This document shows positions 54,900 to 63,585 of a stretch of 64,000 nucleotides of DNA, piece after piece. The notes beneath the pieces were generated by a model. The model was not told the origin of the DNA and did no database searches. It worked only from the letters and a program-made list of their open reading frames with translations. This stretch comes from Dehalococcoides sp. JdFR-56. GTDB taxonomy: Bacteria; Chloroflexota; Dehalococcoidia; Dehalococcoidales; RBG-16-60-22. Numbering within the stretch: position 1 is the stretch's first letter; each line of letters opens with the position of its first letter. The position numbers and the translations under genes are program-made. The DNA is taken from contig MTNR01000072.1 of assembly GCA_002011495.1 (NCBI GenBank), forward strand, positions 7,371 through 71,370, given 5' to 3'.

Positions 54900-56015
54900 T
54901 TACTCTGAGCGAGCACTCCTAGCCTGCCGCACCACTTCCAATACGTCCCTCAAATCCAATCCGAAGTAGCGAGCCAATTTGCTTGCGGATAAATGTCCGG
55001 CTGAATAAGCGCTCAGAGCTAATGAGACAAAATCTTCGCCGAGCTGCCGACGCCATTTGGGACCCCGAGGAGCCCGAAAACGGGTCGGCCTTTTTTCCCA
55101 GTCAGCAATACGCGAGTCTGTAGTTCCCTCAGGAATTAGGCCTAGTTCTTCTAGTCTTCTTCCCGCTGCCTCCAGACTCACCCCGAAGTGCCTGGCAAGC
55201 CTGCCCAGAGCTTGGTCAGTAGGCAATGAACCAGGTGGCCCGATGATTTTTAGGAAGAGGTCCCTCATAGCGCGGGCTGGCATGAGAAAGACGGTAGCAA
55301 AACGGTTGGCAAAGCGTTCCTCAGGAATTTCCAACATGTACGCACAGGCTGTAGGGGAATCATTGCAGAGAAGGTGAACATACTCGTGTGCTATGGTAAA
55401 GGAGCGACGGCCAGCATTGTTGCGCCCATTGATTAGCATGCAGGGACCGTATTCTTCGTGCCACCAAGATATACCGGAAAGCTCTATCGGGGAGACATCC
55501 GGTATAGGAAGTACGAAGACCCTTACTCCTTGGCTTGCAATGAGATTGCGAACATCTCTAATAGGATTTTCTCCTAGGCCAAGTCTCCTTCTTTCTCTTT
55601 CTGCAAGCTCCTCGGGAGCACACTCACAAGAGGACCTTTTGATGAGAATCTCACGTTTTCTCTGAAGCGCTTCTTCTAGTTCAAACTCGGCCCGGCAGAG
55701 TTCCTCAAAACGTACAATAACTTTCCGAACCGCATGAGGCAAATCCTTTAGCACCCGGTGATGTTTTAACCTAAAATTGAGACGTTCAGGTAGTGCAGGT
55801 AGTGTTCTCAAGAAGTAGTCTGTACTCCGCTGATATAACTCTGCCAAATCCCATAATGCTTCCAACGGTGGTTCGGAAACACCCCTCTCCCACTCTTCCA
55901 GTTTTTTCTCGTCAATTCTTAGAGTCTCGGCAACTTCCTTGCGCCCTAGCCCAAGGCTCTCCCTTGCTTTGCTAAGCTGATCTGGAATCACTATAATCCT
56001 ATCTGCTTCCGGCAC
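54900..56015 (-). CDS. XRE-type HTH + ImmA/IrrE-family zinc metallopeptidase fusion
   Basis: The N-terminal HTH reads LGLGRKEVAETLRIDEKKLEEWERG. The central region has FTIAHEYVHLL (HExxH) in an ImmA/IrrE-like context. Confidence 0.8.
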   Translation of the reverse strand: MPEADRIIVIPDQLSKARESLGLGRKEVAETLRIDEKKLEEWERGVSEPPLEALWDLAELYQRSTDYFLRTLPALPERLNFRLKHHRVLKDLPHAVRKVIVRFEELCRAEFELEEALQRKREILIKRSSCECAPEELAERERRRLGLGENPIRDVRNLIASQGVRVFVLPIPDVSPIELSGISWWHEEYGPCMLINGRNNAGRRSFTIAHEYVHLLCNDSPTACAYMLEIPEERFANRFATVFLMPARAMRDLFLKIIGPPGSLPTDQALGRLARHFGVSLEAAGRRLEELGLIPEGTTDSRIADWEKRPTRFRAPRGPKWRRQLGEDFVSLALSAYSAGHLSASKLARYFGLDLRDVLEVVRQARSARSE

Positions 56016-56048
56016 CGTAGCCTCCTCCTATCTGCCCTTTACCACGTG

Positions 56049-56426
56049 TTACGTAAAGAATCGAACTTCGTTGCCGATAATGGTATATGTTTGCAAGTTA
56101 ATATCTAGTCCTCTGATAAATCGTCGGGCTACGTCTACACGACTTGCCGGCACAATCAAATTGAATTTGTACCCCAACCCGAGATAAGGTTTCCACTGGG
56201 TATCACACTCGTCCTGTGTTACGGAACTTTCAGTCTCAATCTCCTCGATGATAATCGATCCATCCGGTTTTTTGACGATAACATCAGGATAGAGACCTTT
56301 CGCCGAATAATTCTTCTCAGTCCCAGGATTTACGTACGCTTCCATGCCCTCTTTCTTGAAGGTGGATGCAGATTCCATTACAACTCGATCATGCTCTGCT
56401 TGTTCTTTGTCTCCCCTTAAAGCCAT
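56049..56426 (-). CDS. Small hypothetical protein, possible PD-(D/E)xK nuclease fold
   Basis: 125 aa. GLYPDVIVKKPDGSIIIEEIETES fits a PD...ExE/K-like core. There is no other recognisable motif. Confidence 0.45.
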   Translation of the reverse strand: MALRGDKEQAEHDRVVMESASTFKKEGMEAYVNPGTEKNYSAKGLYPDVIVKKPDGSIIIEEIETESSVTQDECDTQWKPYLGLGYKFNLIVPASRVDVARRFIRGLDINLQTYTIIGNEVRFFT

Positions 56427-57057
56427 TTCCCACTACCCCTGCTTACCAATATTTGCAATCTCACACAGATTATACCATCTGCTAATTCATACTCACCTCA
56501 GCCAGATGGTCGTATTTTATAACATCGCATTATCTAAGTCACTACCCACCGAAAAGTACTTAGCTTGAGCGCTCAACTATGCTTTAATGCAACCCTCCGC
56601 CGATGTCACTTAAACTCCCTGTACGAGTATGCATTCCGCTTGCGCCCCGAAATGTACCGCAGTGCCGAATTAATCCGCCGACACACTTCCCTCTCCGTCA
56701 TGCACAGCGGGGTAAACAGGATTGACCACTACCGCCCCCACATACTGAGCAAGTTCGCTTTCTACGGAGTACGGACCACCGGCAGCAAGGAAATCCCGGC
56801 AACTCCGCTCAGTGCTCGGGCAGAGGCAGGCAACGTTAAGCTGGTGAGGGAATGGGCTACGACGAGGACGATTATTTGAATGGTCATTGGTGGAGAGCAG
56901 ATGCTGAGCAGAAAATGATGGATAATTTCAATGGACAAGTAAAGGACGGTAAGTCATTAAAGGGGCGGTTAGTTATGGTCGACAGAACAGTGGAATGGAC
57001 TGGACAGTCACGCAGAATGTTCAGCTGGGCACGGTGCGCTGCAGCGAGATAACCTCC

Positions 57058-57830
57058 CTAGACCTTCAAACGAGATGCGCGACAAAGTGATTGATTGAAA
57101 ATTTTTATTGAACATTGAGGGGCGAGTCGGATAAGTACCAGGCCGAATACGATCAGGCAAGAACCGAGAGCACGACCTTTACCGAAGGGTTCCCCAAGCA
57201 TCAAGGTGCCGAAGAAAAGTCCGATGACTGTCCCCACCCCCGGTGCTGGTGTAATGTAACTGACCCTAGAAAATTGCAGCGCAAACAAAATTAAGCCATA
57301 GGCAATGAACATCAGAAGACCAGACATGATAATGCTGCCAGTCTTCTCTTTTCATTTCGGTGCCTATTGCCTTAATGCCGTGAACCCGACGTACATATGG
57401 TACAAGAAACAGAGCCCTACCTAGCACTAAGCAGTACATATACAAAAAGGGACTAACATAGCTGATACCCACTTTATCCCATACTGAATACACCGTGATA
57501 ACCAAGCCCGCAAGTAAAGCATACCATGCCCCAGCTTCCCGGAAAAACCAGAAGGGTCATGGAAAACCTTCCGAAACTGCCCCCACCAGTGGACGGTAAA
57601 TCTACTAAACCGATAAAGGGAACCGAAACAATCTGTTTCTCCGCTTGCTACCCGGCCCTAAGGTTGTTGACGATGACCATAGCAAGTAGTATGGTGTTAC
57701 ATAGGCAGTGTAAGTAGACCTGCACCGCTGGTAATTCAGCGAGCAGTGAAATTGCTGGTCGTTTTGTGGAGTCCGCCACATGAGGGATGTAAATAGAACC
57801 AAAGAGCAGTTCATAATCAACAGCTAGAAG
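57058..57830 (-). pseudogene. Decayed EamA/DMT-family transporter gene (multiple frameshifts and stops)
   Basis: Three frame fragments read as one DMT protein: ...PFWFFREAGAWYALLAGLVITVYSVWDKVGISYVSPFLYMY...DWQ / IIMSGLLMFIAYGLILFALQFSRVSYITP...GEPFGKGRALGSCLIVFGLVLI. The upstream N-terminal part is further broken. Confidence 0.55.
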
Positions 57831-57877
57831 TAGGCCAACGAATTACTTAGATAGAAGCGGCAGGTGTTGAGTGGGGG

Positions 57878-59701
57878 ATGAAGGTTAAGAGCACACGTCG
57901 CAAAAGGATAATAAGCGCGGTAGGCAAAGGGGTATTGGCCGGAATCGGACTGGCAGCACTCTACTGGGTGCTTGATTCGGTCATGCATATCTTCTTATTT
58001 CATGAGGGCACGTTTATTAAAGCAGCATTCCCTCTGGCAGAACCCCACGTCATCTGGGAACGTTCGTTGGTGGTATCCCTCCTAGTTGTTTTCAGTATCT
58101 TTGCCCAACTCATTATCAACAAGCGCAAGTGGGCAGAAGAGGCACTGAGCGAGTCAGAGGAGAGGTATCGCGCCCTTGTGCAACTCGGCGCCCAGGTGGG
58201 CGAGGCGGTTGTCATGTTGCAGGACACCGAACAGGGTGAAGGCATCCAGACGTTTGTCAGCGACGAGTGGCTGCGTATTACCGGCTATTCCCGAGACGAA
58301 CTACTGGGCAAGCCCTTCTTTGATCTTGTTAGCCCCCAAGACCGAGCCGCTTCTCTAGAGAGACACCGCAGGAAGATGTCCGGGGAAGCCCTGCCCGGTC
58401 TGTATGAGATGAGCATTATGAGGAAGGATGCGACCGAAGTCCCTATCGAGCTTACCAGTGCCTACACAACATACAAGGGTAAGAAGGCCAACGTCGCCTA
58501 CATCAGGGACATAACCGAGCGCAAGCGGGCCGAGGCAGAGAGACGAGAGCTTGAGCGCAGAGCCCACCTCGCTAGTCGGCTGGCCACGGTTGGCCAGATG
58601 GCAGCCGGCATCGCTCACGAGATAAACAATCCCCTGACCGCCTTAGTCGGTTTCGTGCAGCTACTTATGGCCAGAAAGCTGCCTGAAGACGTCATGAAAG
58701 ATCTCAGGGTTATCAGCGAGAGTGCCCAGCGGGTAACTGATATCGTGAGGAGACTACTGACCTTTGCCCGCCAGTACCAGCCAGAACGGAGCCGGCTCAA
58801 TATTAATGAGCTAATCAAGGCCACACTTGAGCTGCGGGCCTACGAGCTGAGGACAGGTAATATAAAGGTTACCACCGAGCTTGACCCGGAGCTGCCCGAG
58901 ACGGTAGCTGACGGCGGTCAGCTGCAGCAGGTCTTCCTCAATTTGATTATCAATGCTGAAACCGAGATGACCAGCGCCCACGGCAGAGGCAACCTGCTGA
59001 TTAAGACCGAAACGATAGATGGCGCTATCCGCATTTCATTTCAGGATGATGGTCCGGGAATTCCTAAGGAGAATCTGGAGAGAATATTTGAGCCTTTCTT
59101 CAGTACTAGGAAAGCAGGCAAGGGTACGGGATTGGGCTTGAGCATCTGCCACGGGATCATAACGGGCCATGGCGGCCGGATATACGCCGAAAGCGAGCCA
59201 GGCAAGGGAGCCACCTTCATTGTGGAACTTCCCGTGGTAGCCGAGGAGAAAGAGGCGAAGCCCGCAGAGATGGCTGCCGAGGAAGCCAGGCCTCCTGTCA
59301 AGGCCAAGATACTGGTGGTAGACGATGAACCGGCGATTACCCAGTTCTTGAGCCGGGTGCTCACGGGCGAAGGATATGAAGTGAAAACAATAGATAATGG
59401 CGAAACCGCCCTGAAGCTGATTGAGCGTGAAAGGTACAGCCTTATCCTGCTTGATATCAAGCTGCCTGGTATGAGCGGCTTTGAGTTGTATCAGCACCTT
59501 GAGCAGATGGACAAGTCTTTGGCACGGAGAATAGTTTTTATCACTGGCGATGCTTTAGGAACCGACACCAGGGATTTCCTTTCCCGGACCAAATCCCCTT
59601 ATATCACCAAGCCCTTTAATATTGAGCAACTACAGGAGGAAATAAACCGCATATTGTGCCATGGTGAGCAGAATACGCATGATGCTGCTCATTCATGCTG
59701 A
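57878..59701 (+). CDS. Hybrid sensor histidine kinase (2 TM, PAS, HisKA, HATPase_c, REC)
   Basis: H-box AAGIAHEINNPL, ATPase region DDGPGI...GTGLGLSICHGI, and a C-terminal receiver (ILVVDDEP...LILLDIKLPGMSG). Confidence 0.85.
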   Translation: MKVKSTRRKRIISAVGKGVLAGIGLAALYWVLDSVMHIFLFHEGTFIKAAFPLAEPHVIWERSLVVSLLVVFSIFAQLIINKRKWAEEALSESEERYRALVQLGAQVGEAVVMLQDTEQGEGIQTFVSDEWLRITGYSRDELLGKPFFDLVSPQDRAASLERHRRKMSGEALPGLYEMSIMRKDATEVPIELTSAYTTYKGKKANVAYIRDITERKRAEAERRELERRAHLASRLATVGQMAAGIAHEINNPLTALVGFVQLLMARKLPEDVMKDLRVISESAQRVTDIVRRLLTFARQYQPERSRLNINELIKATLELRAYELRTGNIKVTTELDPELPETVADGGQLQQVFLNLIINAETEMTSAHGRGNLLIKTETIDGAIRISFQDDGPGIPKENLERIFEPFFSTRKAGKGTGLGLSICHGIITGHGGRIYAESEPGKGATFIVELPVVAEEKEAKPAEMAAEEARPPVKAKILVVDDEPAITQFLSRVLTGEGYEVKTIDNGETALKLIERERYSLILLDIKLPGMSGFELYQHLEQMDKSLARRIVFITGDALGTDTRDFLSRTKSPYITKPFNIEQLQEEINRILCHGEQNTHDAAHSC

Positions 59702-59724
59702 TTAATTGGCAGGGGGAGGTAAGC

Positions 59725-60099
59725 ATGGAGAAGAAAGCGCATATCCTGGTGGTGGATGATGAGCAACACGTGCTAGAGTTGGTTAAGAGGACCTTGGAGC
59801 CAGAAGGGTATGCTGTTACCTTGGCTGCTGACGGCAACTCAGCCCTTGCCCAGCTAACGGAGCGCATGCCAGACCTGGTTCTGCTTGATATCAGGATGCC
59901 TGACCTCGATGGCTATCAAGTTCTAGTGCGCATAAGGGAGAAGTCTGACGTTCCCGTGATCATGCTCACCGGAGTGCTTGAACCAACTGCAGTAGGACAG
60001 AGCCTCGGTCTTGGAGCAGACGATTATATAAGAAAACCGTTTCACCAGCGGGTGCTTCTCGCTCGTATAGAGGCGAAGCTAAGACGTGCCAGGTCATGA
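59725..60099 (+). CDS. Stand-alone CheY-like receiver protein
   Basis: ATG 59725 gives MEKKAHILVVDDEQHV...LVLLDIRMPDLDG...KPF. There is no output domain. The track ORF starts at 59695. Confidence 0.85.
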   Translation: MEKKAHILVVDDEQHVLELVKRTLEPEGYAVTLAADGNSALAQLTERMPDLVLLDIRMPDLDGYQVLVRIREKSDVPVIMLTGVLEPTAVGQSLGLGADDYIRKPFHQRVLLARIEAKLRRARS

Positions 60100-60392
60100 G
60101 CTTCATCCCATACGTGAAAAAGGAATCCACCCCTGCGGCTAATTACCAACTTGCGCTGGATGTGTTGTCTGCGTTCCCTACACGAGAGTCCATTTGGTGT
60201 TACCGGTAACAATTGCCTATTTTGCCTAGTCACAGTCTAAAAATAGGCCGAACATATCCCTCCGAAGAGGTGCCCCCAATTTTTACCCGGGCTAACTTTT
60301 TAGGTAGAATTCGTTTATATTTTGTGTAAGATAGCTGTGATACTTTCTTCATTTCAGCGTACATATGAATAGAAGCAACCTCGAGGAGTGCT

Positions 60393-60941
60393 GTGAGACA
60401 GCCAGAAGACAGCCCAAGAGCATATACTCGTGAGAGGGCAAGGGAGGCTTTTGCGGAACTCTACGAGCAGCATTTTCCAAAGGTCTTCCGCTACATAAGT
60501 TACAGGGTAAACAATATCCAGCTGGCCGAGGATCTCACATCGGAAGTGTTCGTAAAAGCGCTAAAGGGTTTCAGCAACTATCGCTCAGATAGGGCCTCAT
60601 TCTCGACATGGATTATGTCTATCGCCAGGCATACCGTCATTGACTATTACCGGGTGGGCGCGAAAAGGAAGGCGGTTTCTCTAGAGCAGGTAGCCGGGGC
60701 ATCATCCGAAGGGATAGCCGAGGAGGAAACCGTCAGAAAGGAAGAGCTTTATAGGCTACAAGCATGCCTAGCACGACTTGCCCAGCAGGAACAGGAAATT
60801 ATCTCGCTCAAGTTTGGGGCTGAGCTTACCAACCGCCAGATTGCCGGAATGCTCAATATCTCCGAATCCAACGTGGGAACGATACTCTACCGGGCGGTTC
60901 GCAAGCTGAGAGACTGCTTCAGGGAGTGGCAGAATGGGTGA
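60393..60941 (+). CDS. ECF-type sigma-70 family RNA polymerase sigma factor
   Basis: Region 2 reads FAELYEQHFPKVFRYISYRV...AEDLTSEVF. Region 4 HTH reads ELTNRQIAGMLNISESNVGTILYRAVRKLR. The GTG start follows GAGGAG. Confidence 0.85.
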   Translation: MRQPEDSPRAYTRERAREAFAELYEQHFPKVFRYISYRVNNIQLAEDLTSEVFVKALKGFSNYRSDRASFSTWIMSIARHTVIDYYRVGAKRKAVSLEQVAGASSEGIAEEETVRKEELYRLQACLARLAQQEQEIISLKFGAELTNRQIAGMLNISESNVGTILYRAVRKLRDCFREWQNG

Positions 60942-60951
60942 GGAAGTCAAC

Positions 60952-62220
60952 ATGGAAAGGGAGTTTTCAAAATATCTGGACAGGATGCTGGCTGGTGAGG
61001 AAGTCAAGGTCGGTGCCGAAGTAGAGCCTGACTTTGGGACGGTGCTAGATTTTGCCCAAAAGATGGCGCAGCTTCGGGCCGTCCCATCACCATCTTTCAA
61101 AGCACAGCTCAAAGAGAGACTGCTCCGGCAGTTAAGTGAAGGCGCGGCTGAAGTTGGGGAAAAACGGAACTGGTTCTGGGAGGACTTAAGACGTCTGGTC
61201 CCGCGGAGCGCCGCCTGGCGCGCTGCGGTGACTTCAGCTGTGGTCATTGTCCTGGCAATTGTGGGAGTGGTCTGGTATATGGGCGGATTCGCTCAAGCCC
61301 CGCCTCCGATGCCAGCACCTGTGCCAAGGCCGGCACCAGCACCTGCGCCAGCACCTGCTCCAGCTCCTGCTCCGACGCCAACGCCGGCTCCCGGGCCGCC
61401 GCCCAGGCTTGTAGAGCTTAGCGCGTCTCCCGCCCGAACCGTCTATCTCCCGGGGGAAGAGGTAGAGATTGATTTTAGATTTACCAACGTGGCTTCGGAA
61501 GCGGTCGTGGTAAGCCCTTATCCTCCACGAATCAGGATACTCATGCCCTCGCTGCCCGGGCCTTACGAGGAAGATATCGTCCGGTCGTTCCCTCCCGGCG
61601 CTGAGGAGCTTAAGCTCGAGCCGGGCGAGTCGGCAAGTTACACCTTTATTTGGGACCAGCGTGATGAAGGCGGCCAGCAGGTAAACCCTGGCTGGTACGA
61701 GGTCGAGGTCAAACATACGGTGAGAAAAGCTGCTGAGGCGGAAGAGGGCTACTCGATTACCGGCACCGAGGCGAGGATCCTCATCCAGTACCCCCAGGGA
61801 GCTATGGAGAAGACCATCGAGGTGAACCAGTCCCAAACAGCAACGGGCCTGCCTTTCACCTGGAAGCGGGAAGAGCTAGCGATTGACGTGACCATAACCC
61901 TTGAGCGAGTGGAACTCAGCGTGGAGGGTGTCAGGTTCAGGGCTCTCGTCACTTCGCCCAGCTACACCCTGCCCCAGGGTCCCCTCCTGCCGCCGCCTCA
62001 ATGGATGCTTGCCGCGTATGCCCACTATACCGTCGATGGCGTCACGAAGGACGCTGGCGTTGCCGGTATGCGGCCGCTCGAGGACGGCCTTCAATTGCGT
62101 TGGGGCTATGCCCCTGCCAGACTCGACCCGGTCCCCGGCGACGCCAGGAAGCTGACCTTTACCATAACGAGGCTCGGCGACTGGGAAGGCCTCTGGGAGT
62201 TCCAAGTGCCACTCGAGTAG
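60952..62220 (+). CDS. Single-pass membrane protein downstream of the ECF sigma (putative anti-sigma factor) with a PA-rich linker and an extracytoplasmic domain
   Basis: Overlaps or abuts the sigma gene. It has a ~95-aa cytoplasmic N-terminus, a TM segment (VTSAVVIVLAIVGVVWYMGGF), a linker (PPPMPAPVPRPAPAPAPAPAPAPAPTPTPAPGPPP), then a ~270-aa beta-rich domain. An alternative start is ATG 60934. Confidence 0.7.
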   Translation: MEREFSKYLDRMLAGEEVKVGAEVEPDFGTVLDFAQKMAQLRAVPSPSFKAQLKERLLRQLSEGAAEVGEKRNWFWEDLRRLVPRSAAWRAAVTSAVVIVLAIVGVVWYMGGFAQAPPPMPAPVPRPAPAPAPAPAPAPAPTPTPAPGPPPRLVELSASPARTVYLPGEEVEIDFRFTNVASEAVVVSPYPPRIRILMPSLPGPYEEDIVRSFPPGAEELKLEPGESASYTFIWDQRDEGGQQVNPGWYEVEVKHTVRKAAEAEEGYSITGTEARILIQYPQGAMEKTIEVNQSQTATGLPFTWKREELAIDVTITLERVELSVEGVRFRALVTSPSYTLPQGPLLPPPQWMLAAYAHYTVDGVTKDAGVAGMRPLEDGLQLRWGYAPARLDPVPGDARKLTFTITRLGDWEGLWEFQVPLE

Positions 62221-62249
62221 TTGAGAGCAAATTTCAGGGAGGTCAGTAA

Positions 62250-63374
62250 ATGAAGAAGCTGATAATAGTTTTGGTAGCAGTACTTTTGGTCTTGGTGCCT
62301 GTTGCCTGCGCTAAACAAGCACCAGTCCCGCGGCCAGCACCAGCGCCAACTCCCGTGCCTGCTCCTGCGCCAGCGCCGATGCCAGCACCAGCTCCTGCTC
62401 CGACCCCGAAACCAGCACCAGCAAGAGGAGAGGAGATAGTCGTAACCGGGGCTGAGGTTGGCGAAACCTGGGCTGCCGAGCGCATGATTGTGCGCACGGG
62501 GAACATACAGCTGGTGGTAAATGACGTCCCTCAGACCCTGGAGCGAATTGCTGAGCTGGCCGAGAGCTTCGATGGATACGTAGTTTCTTCCAAACAGTGG
62601 AAGGAAGGGGAAAGACTCGCCGGTACCATCACCATTCGTGTGGTGGCCAGGTATTTCGATGATGCCCTGAGGGCGCTGCGCGAACTGGCAATTGAGGTAA
62701 CTTCTGAAAGCACGTCAGCCAAGGATGTGACCGAGGAATACGTGGACCTGAGCGCCAAGCTGAAAAACCTCGAGGCCACCGAAGAACAGCTGCTGCGGAT
62801 AATGGAGAAGGCGGAGAAGGTGGAAGATGTCCTGGCAGTCCAGCGAGAGCTCTCCAAAGTGAGAGGCGAAATTGAGCAGACCAAGGGCCGCATGCAGTAT
62901 CTGGAGCGGACCTCCGAGACTTCACTTATCGAGGTGCGCTTGGAGCAGGCCAAGCTCGATGTCAACTTCACTGCCAGCAAAGCGAGGGTGAAGGAGGGGG
63001 AGGAGGTGTGGTTCGACAGCCGGGTTGCTGGTGGGTTTGCGCCATATAGCTATGAGTGGGATTTCGGCGATGGTGAGACAAGCACCGCGAACAGTCCAGC
63101 CCATGCGTATAAAGCTCCTGGAAGCTATACGGTGACCCTCAAGGTGACAGACGATAAGGGTAACACTGATACCGAGACCAGAAAGGACTATATCACCGTC
63201 CTGCCCGGCTGGAGTGCGGGTAGTGTTGCCAGCAGCGCCTGGAATGGTCTGGTCACCTTTAGTCATGCGCTGGCCGACATTTTCATCTGGGTGGGCATCT
63301 TCAGCCCGGTGTGGGTAGTTATTGGTGGCCTGGTATACTGGTTCTGGTGGCGAAGACGCAGGAAGACAGCTTAG
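62250..63374 (+). CDS. Lipoprotein with a DUF4349-like domain, a PKD domain and a C-terminal TM anchor
   Basis: Lipobox (VPVACA), a PA linker, and a DUF4349-like pattern (ERMIVRTGNIQLVVNDV...FDGYVVSS...ITIRV...DVTEEYVDLSAKLKNLE). The PKD motif is YSYEWDFGDGETS...YTVTLKVTDDKGN. The terminal TM segment is followed by WWRRRRK. Confidence 0.8.
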   Translation: MKKLIIVLVAVLLVLVPVACAKQAPVPRPAPAPTPVPAPAPAPMPAPAPAPTPKPAPARGEEIVVTGAEVGETWAAERMIVRTGNIQLVVNDVPQTLERIAELAESFDGYVVSSKQWKEGERLAGTITIRVVARYFDDALRALRELAIEVTSESTSAKDVTEEYVDLSAKLKNLEATEEQLLRIMEKAEKVEDVLAVQRELSKVRGEIEQTKGRMQYLERTSETSLIEVRLEQAKLDVNFTASKARVKEGEEVWFDSRVAGGFAPYSYEWDFGDGETSTANSPAHAYKAPGSYTVTLKVTDDKGNTDTETRKDYITVLPGWSAGSVASSAWNGLVTFSHALADIFIWVGIFSPVWVVIGGLVYWFWWRRRRKTA

Positions 63375-63585
63375 GAACCCAATCAGTCGCTAGAGGACCG
63401 GGACAGGTAAGTAGCAACGGGTTTCTTGGACAAAAGCGGTGCTGATCATAATGCGCTTTGGTGGAATTGGCGTCCTGACCCAGGTGAGCCAGGAGAGTCT
63501 GAATTGGTACTGTGAGCATGTAATAGGATTCCGGAACAAGAACTGGTAAAGGTCGCCCGGTCTGTGCGTTAGTGAGGGGGATTCT

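Larger units (their letters stand above)
35250..57830. other. AT-richer accessory region (defence island), mosaic
   Basis: Base composition drops abruptly by eye. For example, the 60-nt line at 37681 has 20 G+C, whereas the flanks are GC-rich. Defence-type genes are densely packed. No integrase or transposase was recognised. A GC-richer insert lies at 38.6-40.8 kb. Confidence 0.6.

Noticed and set aside
35250-57830. Prophage or integrative element with an integrase
   Set aside because: I recognised no tyrosine or serine recombinase, transposase, or phage structural or replication gene in any frame. I also found no second copy of the tRNA-Asp fragment. The region is therefore called only an accessory island.
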